Source: Octopus sinensis
Taxonomy: Eukaryota
Direction of reading: 5' to 3'
Assembly: GCF_006345805.1 (NCBI RefSeq)
Contig: NC_042999.1
Span: 150,040,001-150,104,000, forward strand
DNA: 64,000 bases
The translations under genes and the position numbers were made by a program. The notes under the pieces are model-generated. The model did no database searches. It had not been told where the DNA came from and saw nothing but the letters and a program-made list of their open reading frames with translations. Below are positions 38,209 to 52,077 of this stretch, one piece after another (the first letter of the stretch is position 1; the number at the start of each line of letters is the position of its first letter).

Positions 38209-38903
38209 GGATATGACTCTCCATAAAGATATGTATGTGTGTGTTTATACAGAAAGGTAGTGGTGTGTTTGTGTGTGTGTGTTTATACAAAAAGGCAATT
38301 CACAAAGACAGAATATGGTTTTTATTTTCAGAAAAAGTGGGGAGAGCGGCTACGCACATACTTGCCGAATCATTTGATTACAATTTATATATGCTTCTTA
38401 TATCAGTAACATCAATTTCGAAAAAAACGATAATAAAAAAAAATACTCATCAACAGGCAAACAATTTCCTATCACACTGACAGACGATAAATAGCAACAA
38501 TAAAAATTGGAAAAAAAATTCAATGGAAAATACCGACAAATCCTTTCATACTAAGAGAGACAGACAGGGGGAGAAAGAGAGAGAAACTCTGTGTGTGTGT
38601 GTGTGTGTGTGTGTGATAGCCAAAGGCAAACGTTAGTTCCACAAGCGAACGGTTTCCTCTCCATTAATGGAACATCACTTAGAAATTTCAAAAATGTGTG
38701 TGTAAACAGAGAGGTTATCCAAGTAATGACATTTTCTCAGAATGTAATGAAAAATAGACGATGGCAGCAGAGTAAGAGAACTCAGGCTTTATCCGGCTGA
38801 CGGCACTTGGTTTGTAAAGTTATACGGAAGCTAGTGTATGTGTGTGTGTGTATGCGTGGTGTACAGGTGAGCGAATAGAAGATGATATAGATGTGATGGA
38901 TGG

Positions 38904-38953
<50 letters not shown>

Positions 38954-39555
38954 AGGGTGAAAATGAAAGTACATGAGACGTAGAAATTATACTGAGTGAG
39001 GGAGAGAGAAAGTGCACGCCTGTGTTCTACCAATGTAAGAAATGCGAAAACGCGAAAGAAGCAAACTAATGGAGAAAATTAGGAAAAAGCGATGAGAAAA
39101 TAAAGAAAAACTATAGATGTCTGCATGTATGTACGCACATATACACTCACTCACACACACGCACACACTTTAATACACACGCGTGCGTGTGTGTGTGTGT
39201 GTATCTATATATCTATCTTAATTTCTTTTTTTTTCTCACTTTCTCTGCAGATAGATAGCTAGACTAACCAACATGCAGGCAGGTAGACAGACAGACAAAC
39301 GGATACATGCTTGCATTCTCTTATATATATTTCTTTATTCTTTTACTTGTTTCAGTAATTTGATTGCGGTGGAAGCTGCAAAGTGACTCAAAGGTCGAGA
39401 GTTTCGACCATGCGACTTATTAATAAGTGCCATACACGAAACTATTTGGACATGTGTTGCTGTGTAACTTTCCCGATTAAGAAAACACGTTTATAATATA
39501 CACACGCACGCACGCACACACATATGTATATACGTACACATGATATATATATATA

Positions 39556-39593
<38 letters not shown>

Positions 39594-40380
39594 TACACAC
39601 ACATGATATACATACATACATATTGCGTTATGTACGAATGTATGTATGTATGTATTGAAGAATTGCTATTTTAAATGAAATTACATAAGCTTAAGCAAGC
39701 CTTTGAACTCTATATCATTCAATATATATATCCAAATTTCTATCAAGTAATAAGCATAGTTTGTCCTCTGATTTTCTTTTGGTATTAGAAATATTTAAAT
39801 AATTTATAGAACGTATATCCAAGAGCAGAGCGAAACAGTAGAATTCGCTTGTTTTGTAATTATAACATTATAAATCATATAATCTTTACACATGTTTCAC
39901 TGGTGAACACGTGTGTTATTTAGTAATCGTTATGTAGACGTTTGTATAATCACATTGGAACGCCAGATCCTCAGAAGATAGTAATGTAATACATTATTAT
40001 TTACCAACATCATTTGGATAACAGTTCTACATAAGAACTATGTATAAGCTTAAGAGAATATTCTTTATATGAAGAAAGAGGGATAACGGTCCTGCAGATG
40101 TCTAAGGGAAATAAGGAAGACCAACTACCTAAGCTATCCCAGATTGAAGAAAATTCTTAGCAATAACAAGTGATTTCTGCTCTCGCTACTAGTGAAAACA
40201 GATTGGAATTTGGTTAGCAGAAAACAACTGTACGTACCTAGCTCATGCATGTCCATATACGTATATATAACTGTCTTTATTTATACTTATTCGCATGTTA
40301 TATATCGGTACGTGCAAGATTACAATCTAGATATGTACGAAAGGTAGTATAAGTTCAAATAGACACTGAGACTATAACCT

Positions 40381-40950
40381 TGTAGCCCATTCCAGGGGTG
40401 TAACCAGCCCATTTATGCGTACCTTTCCTTCAGTGGGCACTAAACTCTGCTTGCGAAGACCTGTTGAGACAAGTGAAATCAAATTCGATGACTGGCATCC
40501 GTGCTAGTGGAGTGCTAAGAGTACCATACGAGCGTGATCGTCGCCAGAGCTACAAGCTGGCCTCCGTGCCGGTGGCACGTAAAAAACACCATTCGAGCGT
40601 GATCGTTACTTGCGTCGCCTTACTGGCACTTGGACTGATGGCACGCGAAAAAACATTCGAGCGAGGTCGTTGCCAGTACCGCTGGACTGGCTCCTGTGCA
40701 TGTGGCACATAAAAAGTACCATTTGAGCGTGGCCGTTTCCAGTACCGCCAGACTGGCCCTCGTGCCGGTGGCACGTAAAAGCACCCACTACACTCACGGA
40801 GTGGTTGGCGTTAGGAAGGGCATCGAGCTGTAGAAAGTCTGCCAGATCAGATTGGAATCTGGTGCAGCCATCTGGTTCGCCAGATCTCAGTCAAATCGTC
40901 CAACCCATGCTAGCATGGAAAGTGGACGTTAAACGATGATGATGATGATG
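40381..40950 (+). mobile_element. Near full-length family B SINE
   Basis: 5' region gcgaagacctgttgag.caagtgaaatc, internal TGGCAC/GTGCCA units, RTE-type 3' end and (GAT)n tail. Confidence 0.8.
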
Positions 40951-41529
40951 CATCATACAGTTCATATCTATATCTTTATACAAAACAATCATTTACACAT
41001 GCATCCAATTCGAGTAGGAAAAGATTGAACCTACTATCAATCCCATTTTAAATATAATTTTAGGATTTGGTCATTAATTTATATATTTGAAATCAGTTTT
41101 ATTCTTAGTCATATATCGGTCTAGTAAATTAGGTAATAGGATAAGTGTTTAAAATACTAGTAAAGAAATTTACAAGTATATGTATTTTATATATAGTAAG
41201 GATAAAGTAATTTTATACCACCGTTATTTGAACCTATGTTTAAATGGTAGAGCTACTTTGAGTCAACTGAAAGAATGTACTCGACAATTATATTATTTTG
41301 TTTATGTAGAATTATTTTTATAGTTTAGACGATTTCAAAATTTTGTGTTTGCAAGAGAAAATCCAAAATTGTTTTGGATTAATAATTCATTGTAACCTAA
41401 TAAAATACGCTGCGCTTCAGTAGAGCATAAGTTGTCTTCTTTCATTTTTACAGTGTTAGAAATAACTCTTGCTATGATGCCCCTGTGTAATTTGTATTTT
41501 GTTTTCATTGAGTTAAGATTAGAAATGTA

Positions 41530-42350
41530 CTTAGCTAGTCAAATTGAATTACATCATATTTTGTTCTTAAAAGTGTGTACAGGTAAGTTGTAACGACATT
41601 TAAAAGAATTAGAAATAGATCCTGAGTAATAACGGATATCATTTGCTGTAATGATACCACAACAGTTATTTCTAAGAGGACATATGGAAGCTGTTGTACA
41701 GTTACAATTATTTTGTAATGCTGCCTCGTGTTCATATGGGTCTGAAATGTTGTTTTTCATTTGTTTCTAATTTATTAAGAATATCATCGCTGCTACTTAT
41801 GTTATTTTAAATTCTTTATTAGATTTACTAATATTACTACATATATGAGCAATTTGCAAACAGCTTGAATCCAGATGTATTAGATTCATTTTACTGTTTT
41901 TAGGATAAGAATTACTGAGGTTGATTTCTTTCGGTATTTTGTTAAATAAGTGTACCAAATTATCTTTTACATTGTTCGTCGATTACGTTACCCTCAAATT
42001 GGTCCACGGTTTCCTCACTACGCACCACTGCTAGCAGCACACGACTTGCCTCGCTTGCAGACTCCATAAAAAGATGCCAACTTGAACCTGTCACTCGCCG
42101 ACGTGACGTCATCTCATCCCTTTCTGGTCCCTTCGCAACGTTTTTCTTTCTCCCTTCCGGTCAATTATCCTTCCACCACAACAGGTTGGTAAGATAAGTC
42201 TGAGAGGTCATGATATTTTTATTATACGTATTCATTTTACAGGCGTTAGTGTATTCAGTAATATCTGCAATATTTAGTATTGTAGAATAAGAGAATTTAA
42301 CAGTGCGCTTGTTAACTATGTACCTTGTTTGAAGTGATTTCAATCTACTC
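41530..42350 (-). mobile_element. Penelope-like linker/GIY-YIG remnant, interrupted by a CpG-rich segment
   Basis: NKRTVKFSYSTILNI (cf. NRNTVKxSYSCMPNI) and CNC...CPL...RYYSGSISNSFKCRY (cf. YIGxTxxxFKxRY). Confidence 0.6.
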
Positions 42351-44944
42351 AACCCTACTTTTTTTCTTACTGTTTTTCAAAAATTTGGCGATGTGGATTC
42401 CACATATAAAAATACAGAAATTGCGGTCAGAAAAAATAATAAAGAAATAGAATCTTTTTCTTTTTTCAGAATTTCACCCTTTTTAGAGCCGATTGCTTAC
42501 AGTAATGTTCCACTTCATTTTATGATCACAAAGCGAAAGAATACCAAATCATTTTGCTAAACACCTTTTTATTTAAAAAGAGACTTTTTTGTTGTTGCCA
42601 AAAACTGATTTCGAAGCGATATAGTTTCAATAAATTACTCTTTTTCCAAAGCATCTTTGATGGTTAAAAAAAAAGACATAAAATAAAGATGACAAAATAA
42701 TTTGTCATAAGTTTATAAATTTCCGAGAGAGATGATTGACATTTTCAACTGAAAGTAACCTGGCAAAATTGTTCCGTTCGTTTTTAATGTCACCAAAACT
42801 AATTCTCAGCCGATATGCTTTCACACATGACTTTTATAATAAATGGGAAACAACGTGATTTAGGTTAGGTTATAGTGCTGAAATTTCTCAGAAGTAATGC
42901 CAAGTTGGCACTTAGTCATCCGTGTTTTATATCTTTTATTTTTTTACTTGTTTTCCAGTTATTGGCCTGCAGCCTTGCTGGAGCATCAAATTAAAGGGTT
43001 AAGTCAAACAATTGGACCTCCAGTAATTACTTTCTTGGACTATTATACATACTCTATTGTTCTCTTTGGGCAAACTGCAAAGTTCTGGGACGTAACCAAA
43101 TTATCGAGCGGTGGTGGCGAACAAAAACAAACAGTAACACACACACACCACAATGTCCTTTTTCGGAGTAAGTTCCTTTTTGTAACGATAAGAAAATACT
43201 AATTGTTTACTTTGATGTTGTTTCTTACAGTAACAAGCAAGTGCCGGTGTAATGGACGGACTCTGCTAATCTTTCACTCCTACTGATTGCTATTGATTCT
43301 CAGGCAGCATTGACTCCGCCGGATTAAGTACCAGGTTTTAAAGAAATAAGTGCTGCAGTCGATTCGTTCGAGTAAAATTCTTCAAGGTCGAACCCCAGCA
43401 TGGCCGCAAACTAATGACTAAAACAAGTAAAAGTAAATGAAAAAATACATACATACATACATGCATGCATACATACATACATACATACATACATACATAC
43501 ATACATACATACATACATACATACATACATACATACGTGCGTACGTACATACGAACGTACATACGTATGTATGTAGATTCTCTGACAAGGGATTAGTCAG
43601 CCTGAGGCTATAGTAGATGACACCTGCCAATGTGCCGCGAGGAAAATTTTGAACTCGAAGCCATGTGATTGCAAGTGAAATTCTCAATCATGCAGCGATG
43701 AACTAAGTGCGAAAGAAATCTCCCACTAGAAGTCAGGGGTTACAGATAGACAAAAACTCAATGATGAATAAACGAAGGGGTCTCTAAATGGTTATTCGAC
43801 CGGTTAAAAATTGCTGTCAAATAACCCATAAATTACATTTTACCATCTTGGAAACGGAGGGTCAGAGTTCAAACAGTTTGATATTTCATACACATAAGAA
43901 CGTGATGGTCACGGTTGGAATATCTTTAATCATAGGTTTGTTCAGTCAAGGCTGATCTGGAGCTAAAACAAGAAACTCAATGACATGCAGAAGAAAGAAC
44001 CAGACATTATTTGATTTTACTAAAATCTCTAAAGATTTGGACTTTAACCGAGAAGAAAGAGTTTCTTAATTAATGTCGACGGATGAATACGAGACGTCTG
44101 ATAATTTTTGTAGACCAACAAAATGTTTATTGTTATTAATATATAAACCAACCAAAGGCAGGTAAGATATAGAACAGTAAAGCCCTTGTAGGTAGTAAAG
44201 AAATTGGTAAGATATAGAACAGAAATAGCTGTTAGAATTACTTAGATGAAAATATATGTTATGAAACTTAATAGATGTACTTGAAACGGAATTAGATGAA
44301 ATTAAGGCTATATTTAACATTTATGATGTCTATACATATGCAGGACGGCGCTAGCAGTTGTATTTTCTATCAGCGAAATTTCTCAAAGGATTGAAGCATT
44401 CGTCACTATGGAAACCAAATGAGGTCGCAACACGATCTGACGAATCACCGATAAGCCAACTCTGTGTTTTTAATACACAATGCGTGGTTAAGAAGTTCGC
44501 TTCGTAACCGCGTGGTTTCGGGTACAGTCCGCTGTGTGGTACCTTGGGCTAGTATCTTCTTTGGTCGCCTTGGTAGATTGAGACAACGTGGAAACCCGTC
44601 TCATATATGCGTGTATCACTGGGTTTATGTTTGTCCCCCACCCATACCGCTTGACGACTGGTGTTAGTTTATTTACGTCTCTGTAACTTAGTGGTCCTAC
44701 CAAAGAGACTGATAGAACGAGTACCAGTCTTTAGAATAAGTATTGGAGTCGATTTGTTCGTCCAAACCCTTCAAAGCGGTGCCCCAGCAGAGCCACAGTT
44801 CAATCACTGTACAGGAGAAAAGAAGTCTGTGAGACGAAATATTTCAGGCAGTGCCGTTCTACGTTTGTAGATGTATATATATATATAATAGAAATATTAA
44901 AATTACTAAGTCCCTATAAAAGAGATTACGGCAGCGTTTACTGG

Positions 44945-45181
44945 AAATTAATTGTTATCGCCATATTAATATGGCATTCTTATAGATATAAGAATAATCG
45001 CTGCCGCGTCTGTAGCTGTCGGACTGGCAGTGTGAAGCGGCTGACCTCCCTTGTTCGAAAGTTATAATGGATACAGATCGTGTATCAATAGCTAACTTGA
45101 TGGCGGTGGCCTCATGGAGCTGACCAGCGGCAGCGATTATTCTTATATCTATAAGAATGCCATATTAATATGGCGATAACA

Positions 45182-45189
<8 letters not shown>
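44945..45189. repeat. Perfect 63-bp inverted repeat pair around a spacer of about 120 bp (MITE-like)
   Basis: 44945-45007 is the exact reverse complement of 45127-45189. Confidence 0.9.
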
Positions 45190-45215
<26 letters not shown>

Positions 45216-47305
45216 CGCGCGCGTGTGTTATGAACGAATAAAGAATATTTGTAACTGTTTCTGTATGTGGGAGAGAGAGTGAGTGAAGGTAAGTGAGAAT
45301 GTGAGAAAATTGTCTTTAAATCACATTGCAATCAGTCATAAAGACTTGTGGCAACTAAGACGATCTCAAACTGGATCATGGACTATTTATTAAGCTTGAA
45401 AGGACAGGAAGAATCTCGAGGCTGCAAGGAAAGTAGTCATTCTTCGCTGAAAAAGAAAACAAAACAAAAGAACGGCATTCCCCACTACTTCCGAGTGCAA
45501 TGTCAATGGGATTCTTGTATTAGTGAGAATCCAACACTTATGAAACGTATAATAAACATGTAACGGATGGGTCAACCCTTGCCGACTCTCTTTTCATCTT
45601 TTTGTGAACAACAGCATATGAATCACTGATTGGTCAGAAATAGTGTCAAGGCTTAACGTTTGTACGTGACAGAGAACATTTAAGCAATGGTGTGGAGAGC
45701 TGTCCACTACAGACTTATTTCCCGTTACAATCAATGGTTTCTGTTCAAACTTTTGTAACAGGGTCACGTACATACTGCTTTCTTAATACAATCTCCTAAA
45801 AAAACATCAATATCTCAAGCCACTCCATACAAGTTATTGGTGTCATTTGTTTTCTACAAATATTTCACTAAGTTGCCTCTGATCTACATATTCATCTATG
45901 AAGTTCTGTTTCCTCACAACTATTCTCCACTATCTTTTATGTAAATTATTGATTTCACTCTTAAAAGACTTGGCACTGATATTTCTAGTTTCCAATTAAC
46001 TTCGTAATAAAAATTTTACACCTTGTAGAATGAGTTTGCTGTTATTTTTCCAGATCATTCTTCTCTAAACCATTTACTTCACGAAATCTAATTATTACAC
46101 TGGCTTTCAATTTTTCTTCTTTTTTTTTAAATCTTACAAACCAAAATAGTTATTAAATAGACAAACTAAGAAGTTTTGCTGGGCATGGCCGAAGCGTATT
46201 ATATTAATTCTTCCAGGCGATGGGCTGGCAGAGTCGTTACTGCTCCAGACAAAATGCTTAACGGCATTTCTTCCGATTTTACCTTCTGAGTCTAAATTCC
46301 GCCGAGGTTGACGTTGCCTTTCATCCTTTCGGAGTCGATGAAATACCAGTTGAACACAAGGGTTGGTGTAATCGACAAAACCTCTCTCACAAAATTTCAG
46401 AGCCTGTGCCTAGAGTACAAAAGATTAAACTTGTTTACATAGCAAACATTGAAAGCCACTCTAATGCAATGGGAAGTAATTGAAAGTACGTTGTGACTAT
46501 ACTGAGTAATTGCTGTAAATGTGGTTTAGTCCCAGGTCAACATTGAGACTTTTGAGCAATGGTCCTCAGCCATTTCGCAGCTCAGTTCTTTGTTCCACTT
46601 TCACAGAATGGCGTTTTATAAATGGCTGTTTCTCATAATTTAACCATCCCCAAGTAATTTTCCTGAAGTAACAACTAATTTTGCCCCGTAGTTTATTACC
46701 TATGTTCTTATTAGTATCTATGTGTAAGTGCCTCTTTTTCGATATTTGCGTGGATTAGTGTGTTTATATTAAATTTTTATGTAAATAACTGAAGAAGGTG
46801 AGGACTTGTATAATTGTTTCTGGCTTTAGTACAAGCCCAGTAATTCTAACTTTTTTGGGACACCCAGGCCGATTGATCGGCCCAAGTGATACAAGCTGAA
46901 AACGTTTTGAGGCCGATCCACCGGTCTGATAAAACAAACGTTTTGAAATGTAATAGTCAATCACAGATCGTCTTTCTGTAAATATAAAATAAAACTATAG
47001 AATATATATATAGTTTTGGATATGAATAAAGTAGATGTAGGCACTTTATCCTTTCTTTTCGACACGCACCCGTCATTTTTAATCCCAACAGAAAAAAAAA
47101 AACATTTTGGTCTTTTTGGCTGCACCTACCATCGTATGTCTCAAAAGGGTACTTTATTTTATCGATCTCCAAAAAAACTGAATGGTAAAGTTGATCTCGT
47201 CGGGATTTGGACTCAGAATGTAAAGAACCGAAAGAAATGTTGCTAAGCATTTCGCCCGACACACTAACGATTCTGCCAGCTCATCACTGAGAAGTTTTAT
47301 ATATA

Positions 47306-47532
47306 TATATTTCTTTACTGCCCTCCAGGGGCTAGACATAGAGGGGACAAACAAGGGCAGACAAAGGGATTAAGTCGATTACATCGACCCAGTGTGAAAC
47401 TGGTACTTTATTTATCGACCCCGAGAGGATGAAAGGCAAAGTCGACCTCGGCGGAATTTGAACTCAGAACGTAACGGCAGACGAAATACGGCTACGCATT
47501 TCGCCCGGCGTGCTAACGATTCTGCCAGCTCG
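47306..47532 (-). mobile_element. Young family A SINE inserted at the head of an older family A copy (older copy about 47100-47290)
   Basis: Direct repeat tcactgagaagttttatatata at 47284-47305 and 47533-47554. Confidence 0.85.
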
Positions 47533-49254
47533 TCACTGAGAAGTTTTATATATAGATATGTTTGACCTAGGCACATCAGCAGTCACGTTGCAGCACACTG
47601 ACAGCATAATGGCCAACTCATATTCTAATCCCGACAATTATAAGTACCATATCTGGTTTAATTTTTTGGCAATCTTTCGGTATTTGTTCATGATACTTAA
47701 TTTTGTCCATGTGTTCGACAATTTACGAGGAAAATTCTTTTACTTTTCTTTTTTTTTTTGTTTCATGTGATGGTGGAGCCGACACTATCTTTGATGTACA
47801 CGAAAGAACTGAACACACACATACACGTGCGCGCATGCACACACACACAAAACTTAAAGAAACAATAAGAATTTCTCTGTAGATTGCCAAACACAGCTAA
47901 AACTGTAAAATGACATCATATACGAATACCGAAAGATTGCCATTCCCCCCCCCCCCCCGCTAATTCAGCGCTCACATAGTGCCCTTTATCAAGATCATCA
48001 TGTCCCCGCCCCACACATAAACTCTGCCAACCAGGTTAAGAACCACTTCTGTAGGGTGGAGAGTTAAGGAAGATTTAGTTGCTATTTCTAGTAAGTTGAG
48101 CGATAACGTAGAGGTTCCTTCATTTGGCTGGCGATAGACTAATTTGTACTCGATTGAACGAAAGAGACTACATGGCACCTCGTCTCATCATGTAGTTAAA
48201 CGTTCCTCAAATCACATCCTCTACTATCTTAAAAAGGTATACATTGGATTGTGTGGTTCTTGGTACACTGTGCCTGGATAAAAAAAAATAGGTCAGATGT
48301 TCACAGCTGCTATATATATCTTTGATTGTGTAAGTCTGGATTACATCAACTCGTTTGTATTCTACATTTGCCAAGTTCAAAAAGCTTTTTCATTTGACTA
48401 ACACGAGAATGCTGACAGTTTGTGTTTATATTAACGTGGTAATAATTAAATTTTAAAAAGCAGGTCATCAGAAAATAGATTTGCAGAACAAGAAAGGATG
48501 TTGACAGCATTGCCTTGTACAATGGCTTGGGAAGTTCACGGAATCATTTTCCTTTCCACCGTCTCCTGTTATAACAAACATTTTTGTAATAGTTCCGTAC
48601 ACAACATAGGTTCAAAATGTTGTGCTTGAAAAAAGAGTCTTATAAATTCTCACATGAAGGTAAATCTGGAATTACAAAACACCAATAACTATTTGGAGGT
48701 TGCTATACGTTATGAATTTAATATATCTTAGTATCTCCACAATTCAGTTTGAAAATTACATTTTCTCTTCAGACATTTCTGGAATTTCCCACAATTGTCG
48801 CCAGAACTTTTTCAGTTTTCACAACATAACACTTGACAAAACTATATCTTTGAAGGCCTTTGCAGTTTATAAATTTAAATTTACATTTGTCTGAAGAAAT
48901 ATCAAACATTCATAGATACAAATTTCAAGCATAATAGACAGGCTTTAAATTTAAAATGTTAGCAATCATTGACTAAAGCGGCATCAATTAGAATGAAAAA
49001 TAATTAGTAACTAGCAAAAGTTGTTTGAATGACCAAAACGAATAAATCTACATCTTGTAATATATGTTTAATTTTTGTCGTGATAGACGTATATCTCCAT
49101 TCATAAATGTTACTCCTGAAAACTTTAAAAACTTTTCGAGATAAGTTACTTGAAAAAAAAAATCATTTTTTTCAGCAATACTTAACTTTGATATCTTTGA
49201 TAGATTTCGGCCAGTATAGGCCCAGGCCATGTCTAACATATTAGCACCACTTGG

Positions 49255-50360
49255 TAAAGTCATTCAAATCAGGATTCAGACAACGTGGCCCACTCAAGTA
49301 GAGAGTTATTATTTACGGAGACATATCCGGGTGTAGGAGGTTGGTCCGGGATTTTTTGAAGAAATTTGTCCAGTGAACTCTTGAATTTTATGGGATCCGT
49401 TTTCATTTTGTCGTATTTTGGTATGATATTAAAGAGAGCTGGACCGGTTGAGGTAAAGTAGTTGTGGCGTAATGTTGTTATGTGTCCTGAGTTCGATTTT
49501 TGTAGTGGACGGATAGCACGGGGGCCAAGTCTTGGATGGATTTTAAAATTGATGCCAATATCATTTGTGAAATATTGATGGAATATTTTCCACATCACAC
49601 AAATGATGTGGCGCTCCCGATAGTGTTGGAGAGAGTAGAGTTTGAGTTTCTTTAGTCGACCCCAATAGTCAATGTCTGTCATGCCCTCTATCTTTCTTGT
49701 TATTGACCTCTGGAGTGCTTCCACTTTCATAATTAGTGGCTTCGTATGTGAAGATCACAGTGGGAAACAGTATTCAAGGTGGAGTCGGGCAAAAGTACAG
49801 TAGAGAAGGATGATGGTATGGGAATCTCTAGACCGGAAAGTTCTCAGAATTCAGGAGCATATCTTGCGAGCCAAATCAACCTTGCTGTTTACGTGGGAAC
49901 TACAGCTTTGATTATTATCAACAATTACTCCAAAGTCTCTGGTGTTGTTTGGATGACACGAGGGAGTTGCCCGAGTGAAGGGCAGATGGTAGTTTCAGAG
50001 TATCCTCTTTTCCAAAGTGGATCAAATTAAACTTATCCTCATTTAGAAGCATATTGTTCTGTTCCGCCCATTGGACAACAGCAAACAGGTCCGACTGAAG
50101 GCATGTTCGGTTTCCCATACTGTTTATTGCCTTCCGGAATTTGGAATCATCTGCAAAGATTTTCAATGTAGAATGTTTGATGACGTCTACTCTGTCATTG
50201 AATGTAGATAATGAAGAGGAATGGGCCCAACACAGTACCTTGTGGGACACCACTACTGACTTTGGCTAAGCTTGGTCGGATTCCCTCAAACACAACATAT
50301 TGAGTTTTGTTCAAATGATGAAGTTGAGAAATGAAAACGCTAATCTCTGTTAATAACAAT
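49255..50360 (-). mobile_element. CR1/L2-type LINE RT and C-terminal fragment
   Basis: VSSGVPQGTVLGPFLF, LKIFADDSK, RDFGVIVD, VEALQRSITRKIEGM...RLKKLKLYSLQ...FKSSLDKFLQKIPDQP...NNSLLEW*. Confidence 0.85.
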
Positions 50361-52077
50361 CTTGTCCATAATAGCTTATTTTAAAGTATTTACTTATTCG
50401 TTTCGATCATTCAAAGATAGCCAAGCAATTTTTTTATATATTCCCCCTTCATATTGCTTTCATTTTAATTGACGCTCCTTTATTAAATATTACCAAAATA
50501 TCTAACCTGAATGTTCTATTCCATTAAGAGTAACTTTATGCAGTTTGTAACTAACGAAAGTGTTGCTTCAAACCATTTTGATACTAACCTAGAAATTTAA
50601 AACTTAATCCACAAGCAGCTGTGTGATAAGCGAAAACTGTTTCATTTGTAGCAGCAGCAGCTTGGTCTTAAGAGCCTTATCATAATCATAGGGCTCAATG
50701 TTTTGGAAAATGTTTACAATAGATTACAAAGATGTTGCTTTTAGAAATATTTTATGTGTTTTAGTTGGCAATATCACAACGTCCTCAACGGTTCGCTGAA
50801 ATTGTTGATCTACATTAACTATATTTATCATTGCATCAAAATAAAATAGCAAAATGCGAACAAACTATTGATGGTCTGCGTTGGTAAATAGTAAATACAA
50901 ATACAAAAATGTTCATAAAATGGAATTGGTATGCCGCGAGGAAAAGAAGACTGGCGTTTCGGTGAGGATTCAGCCCTGTTCGAAATACTATATTCGGCTT
51001 CCTCAAAGCATATTAACTTATTCTATTCTGAGAACTTTTCTTATCGGTATGTGCTTGGCTTTGAGATATTTTAAGATGAAGATGTGGTGAATCTTGCAGG
51101 CATAAAGTGGATTCGATCCACCATAGCCAAATTTCAAGTAACAGTTCAACAGAACTTTTCTCATGGTGGAACAATAGTTTTTCTGTGACAGTTTACATTT
51201 GCCAGATGCCTTAGCTAGGCCGAAATAATGTCTTCGCCACTTGACCCTTCTAACCTCTTCTATTCCACCAAAAACTGGAATTAAGATAACAAGTACTACC
51301 AACGAAATCTATTGTTCTCAGCGATATGTCTATCCTTCTGGATAGTTATAAAAGCAAGAGCTCCCAAACAAAAATCAGTTACTCACTTGGTGGCAACTCA
51401 ATCAGTTAGTGACTATGCGGTAAGAAAAAAGCCCTTGTGAGTGGATCTGGTAGACAGACTCTGGAAGAAGCTTGTCGCCATACTGGACCGCTGAAATCTA
51501 CAAGATTTTTTCATTCTCCCTCAGTTTATTTTTTCTTGCATATTCGTTTAACTTCATGTTGTTTACGCTTATTACACTTTTTTTTCTAATTTTTGTGACC
51601 GGGTATTAACGTTGAGTTTTCGAATCCCGTGTCATTCATCGTGCGCTTTAAAGAATTTTTTTTGCATATTCGGTTACTACACGTTGTTTTACACCTATTA
51701 CACTTTTTTTTTGTTTACAGGTATCGCGAATATATACCTGTGCTAAAACCGAACTAGGTCACTGAAATTAGAACTGAATGGGCTTCTATATTAAACCCTG
51801 TTCATCTGAGATGAAGGCGAATATGAGAGGTTCAACAAATAGATTTTAAGTGCACAACGTGATGACAATTCAAACGAACGTGAAGATTGGAACTTCGATC
51901 GATGGTTACGAATCCGTTGTGCAGCTCCAACACGTTACACACACACACACAAAGGTTACACGAAGTCTCATCTAAAGTTAATGTCATGTCATGCATGGAT
52001 AATCTTTTCTCGCAGTCTTTGCAAAAGTTTACTTGGCGTCCATTTATCAAATGTGTAGCTAACTCTAGTGATCTTCC

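Noticed and set aside
48560-49240. Possible hAT transposase remnant on the minus strand (KFWRQLWEIPEMSE)
   Set aside because: A single weak motif among many stops; it cannot be supported without alignment.
50560-51400. Coding-like stretch (MPRGKEDWRF...), and a similar one at 53100-53770
   Set aside because: Frames are interrupted by stops and no family motif was recognised.
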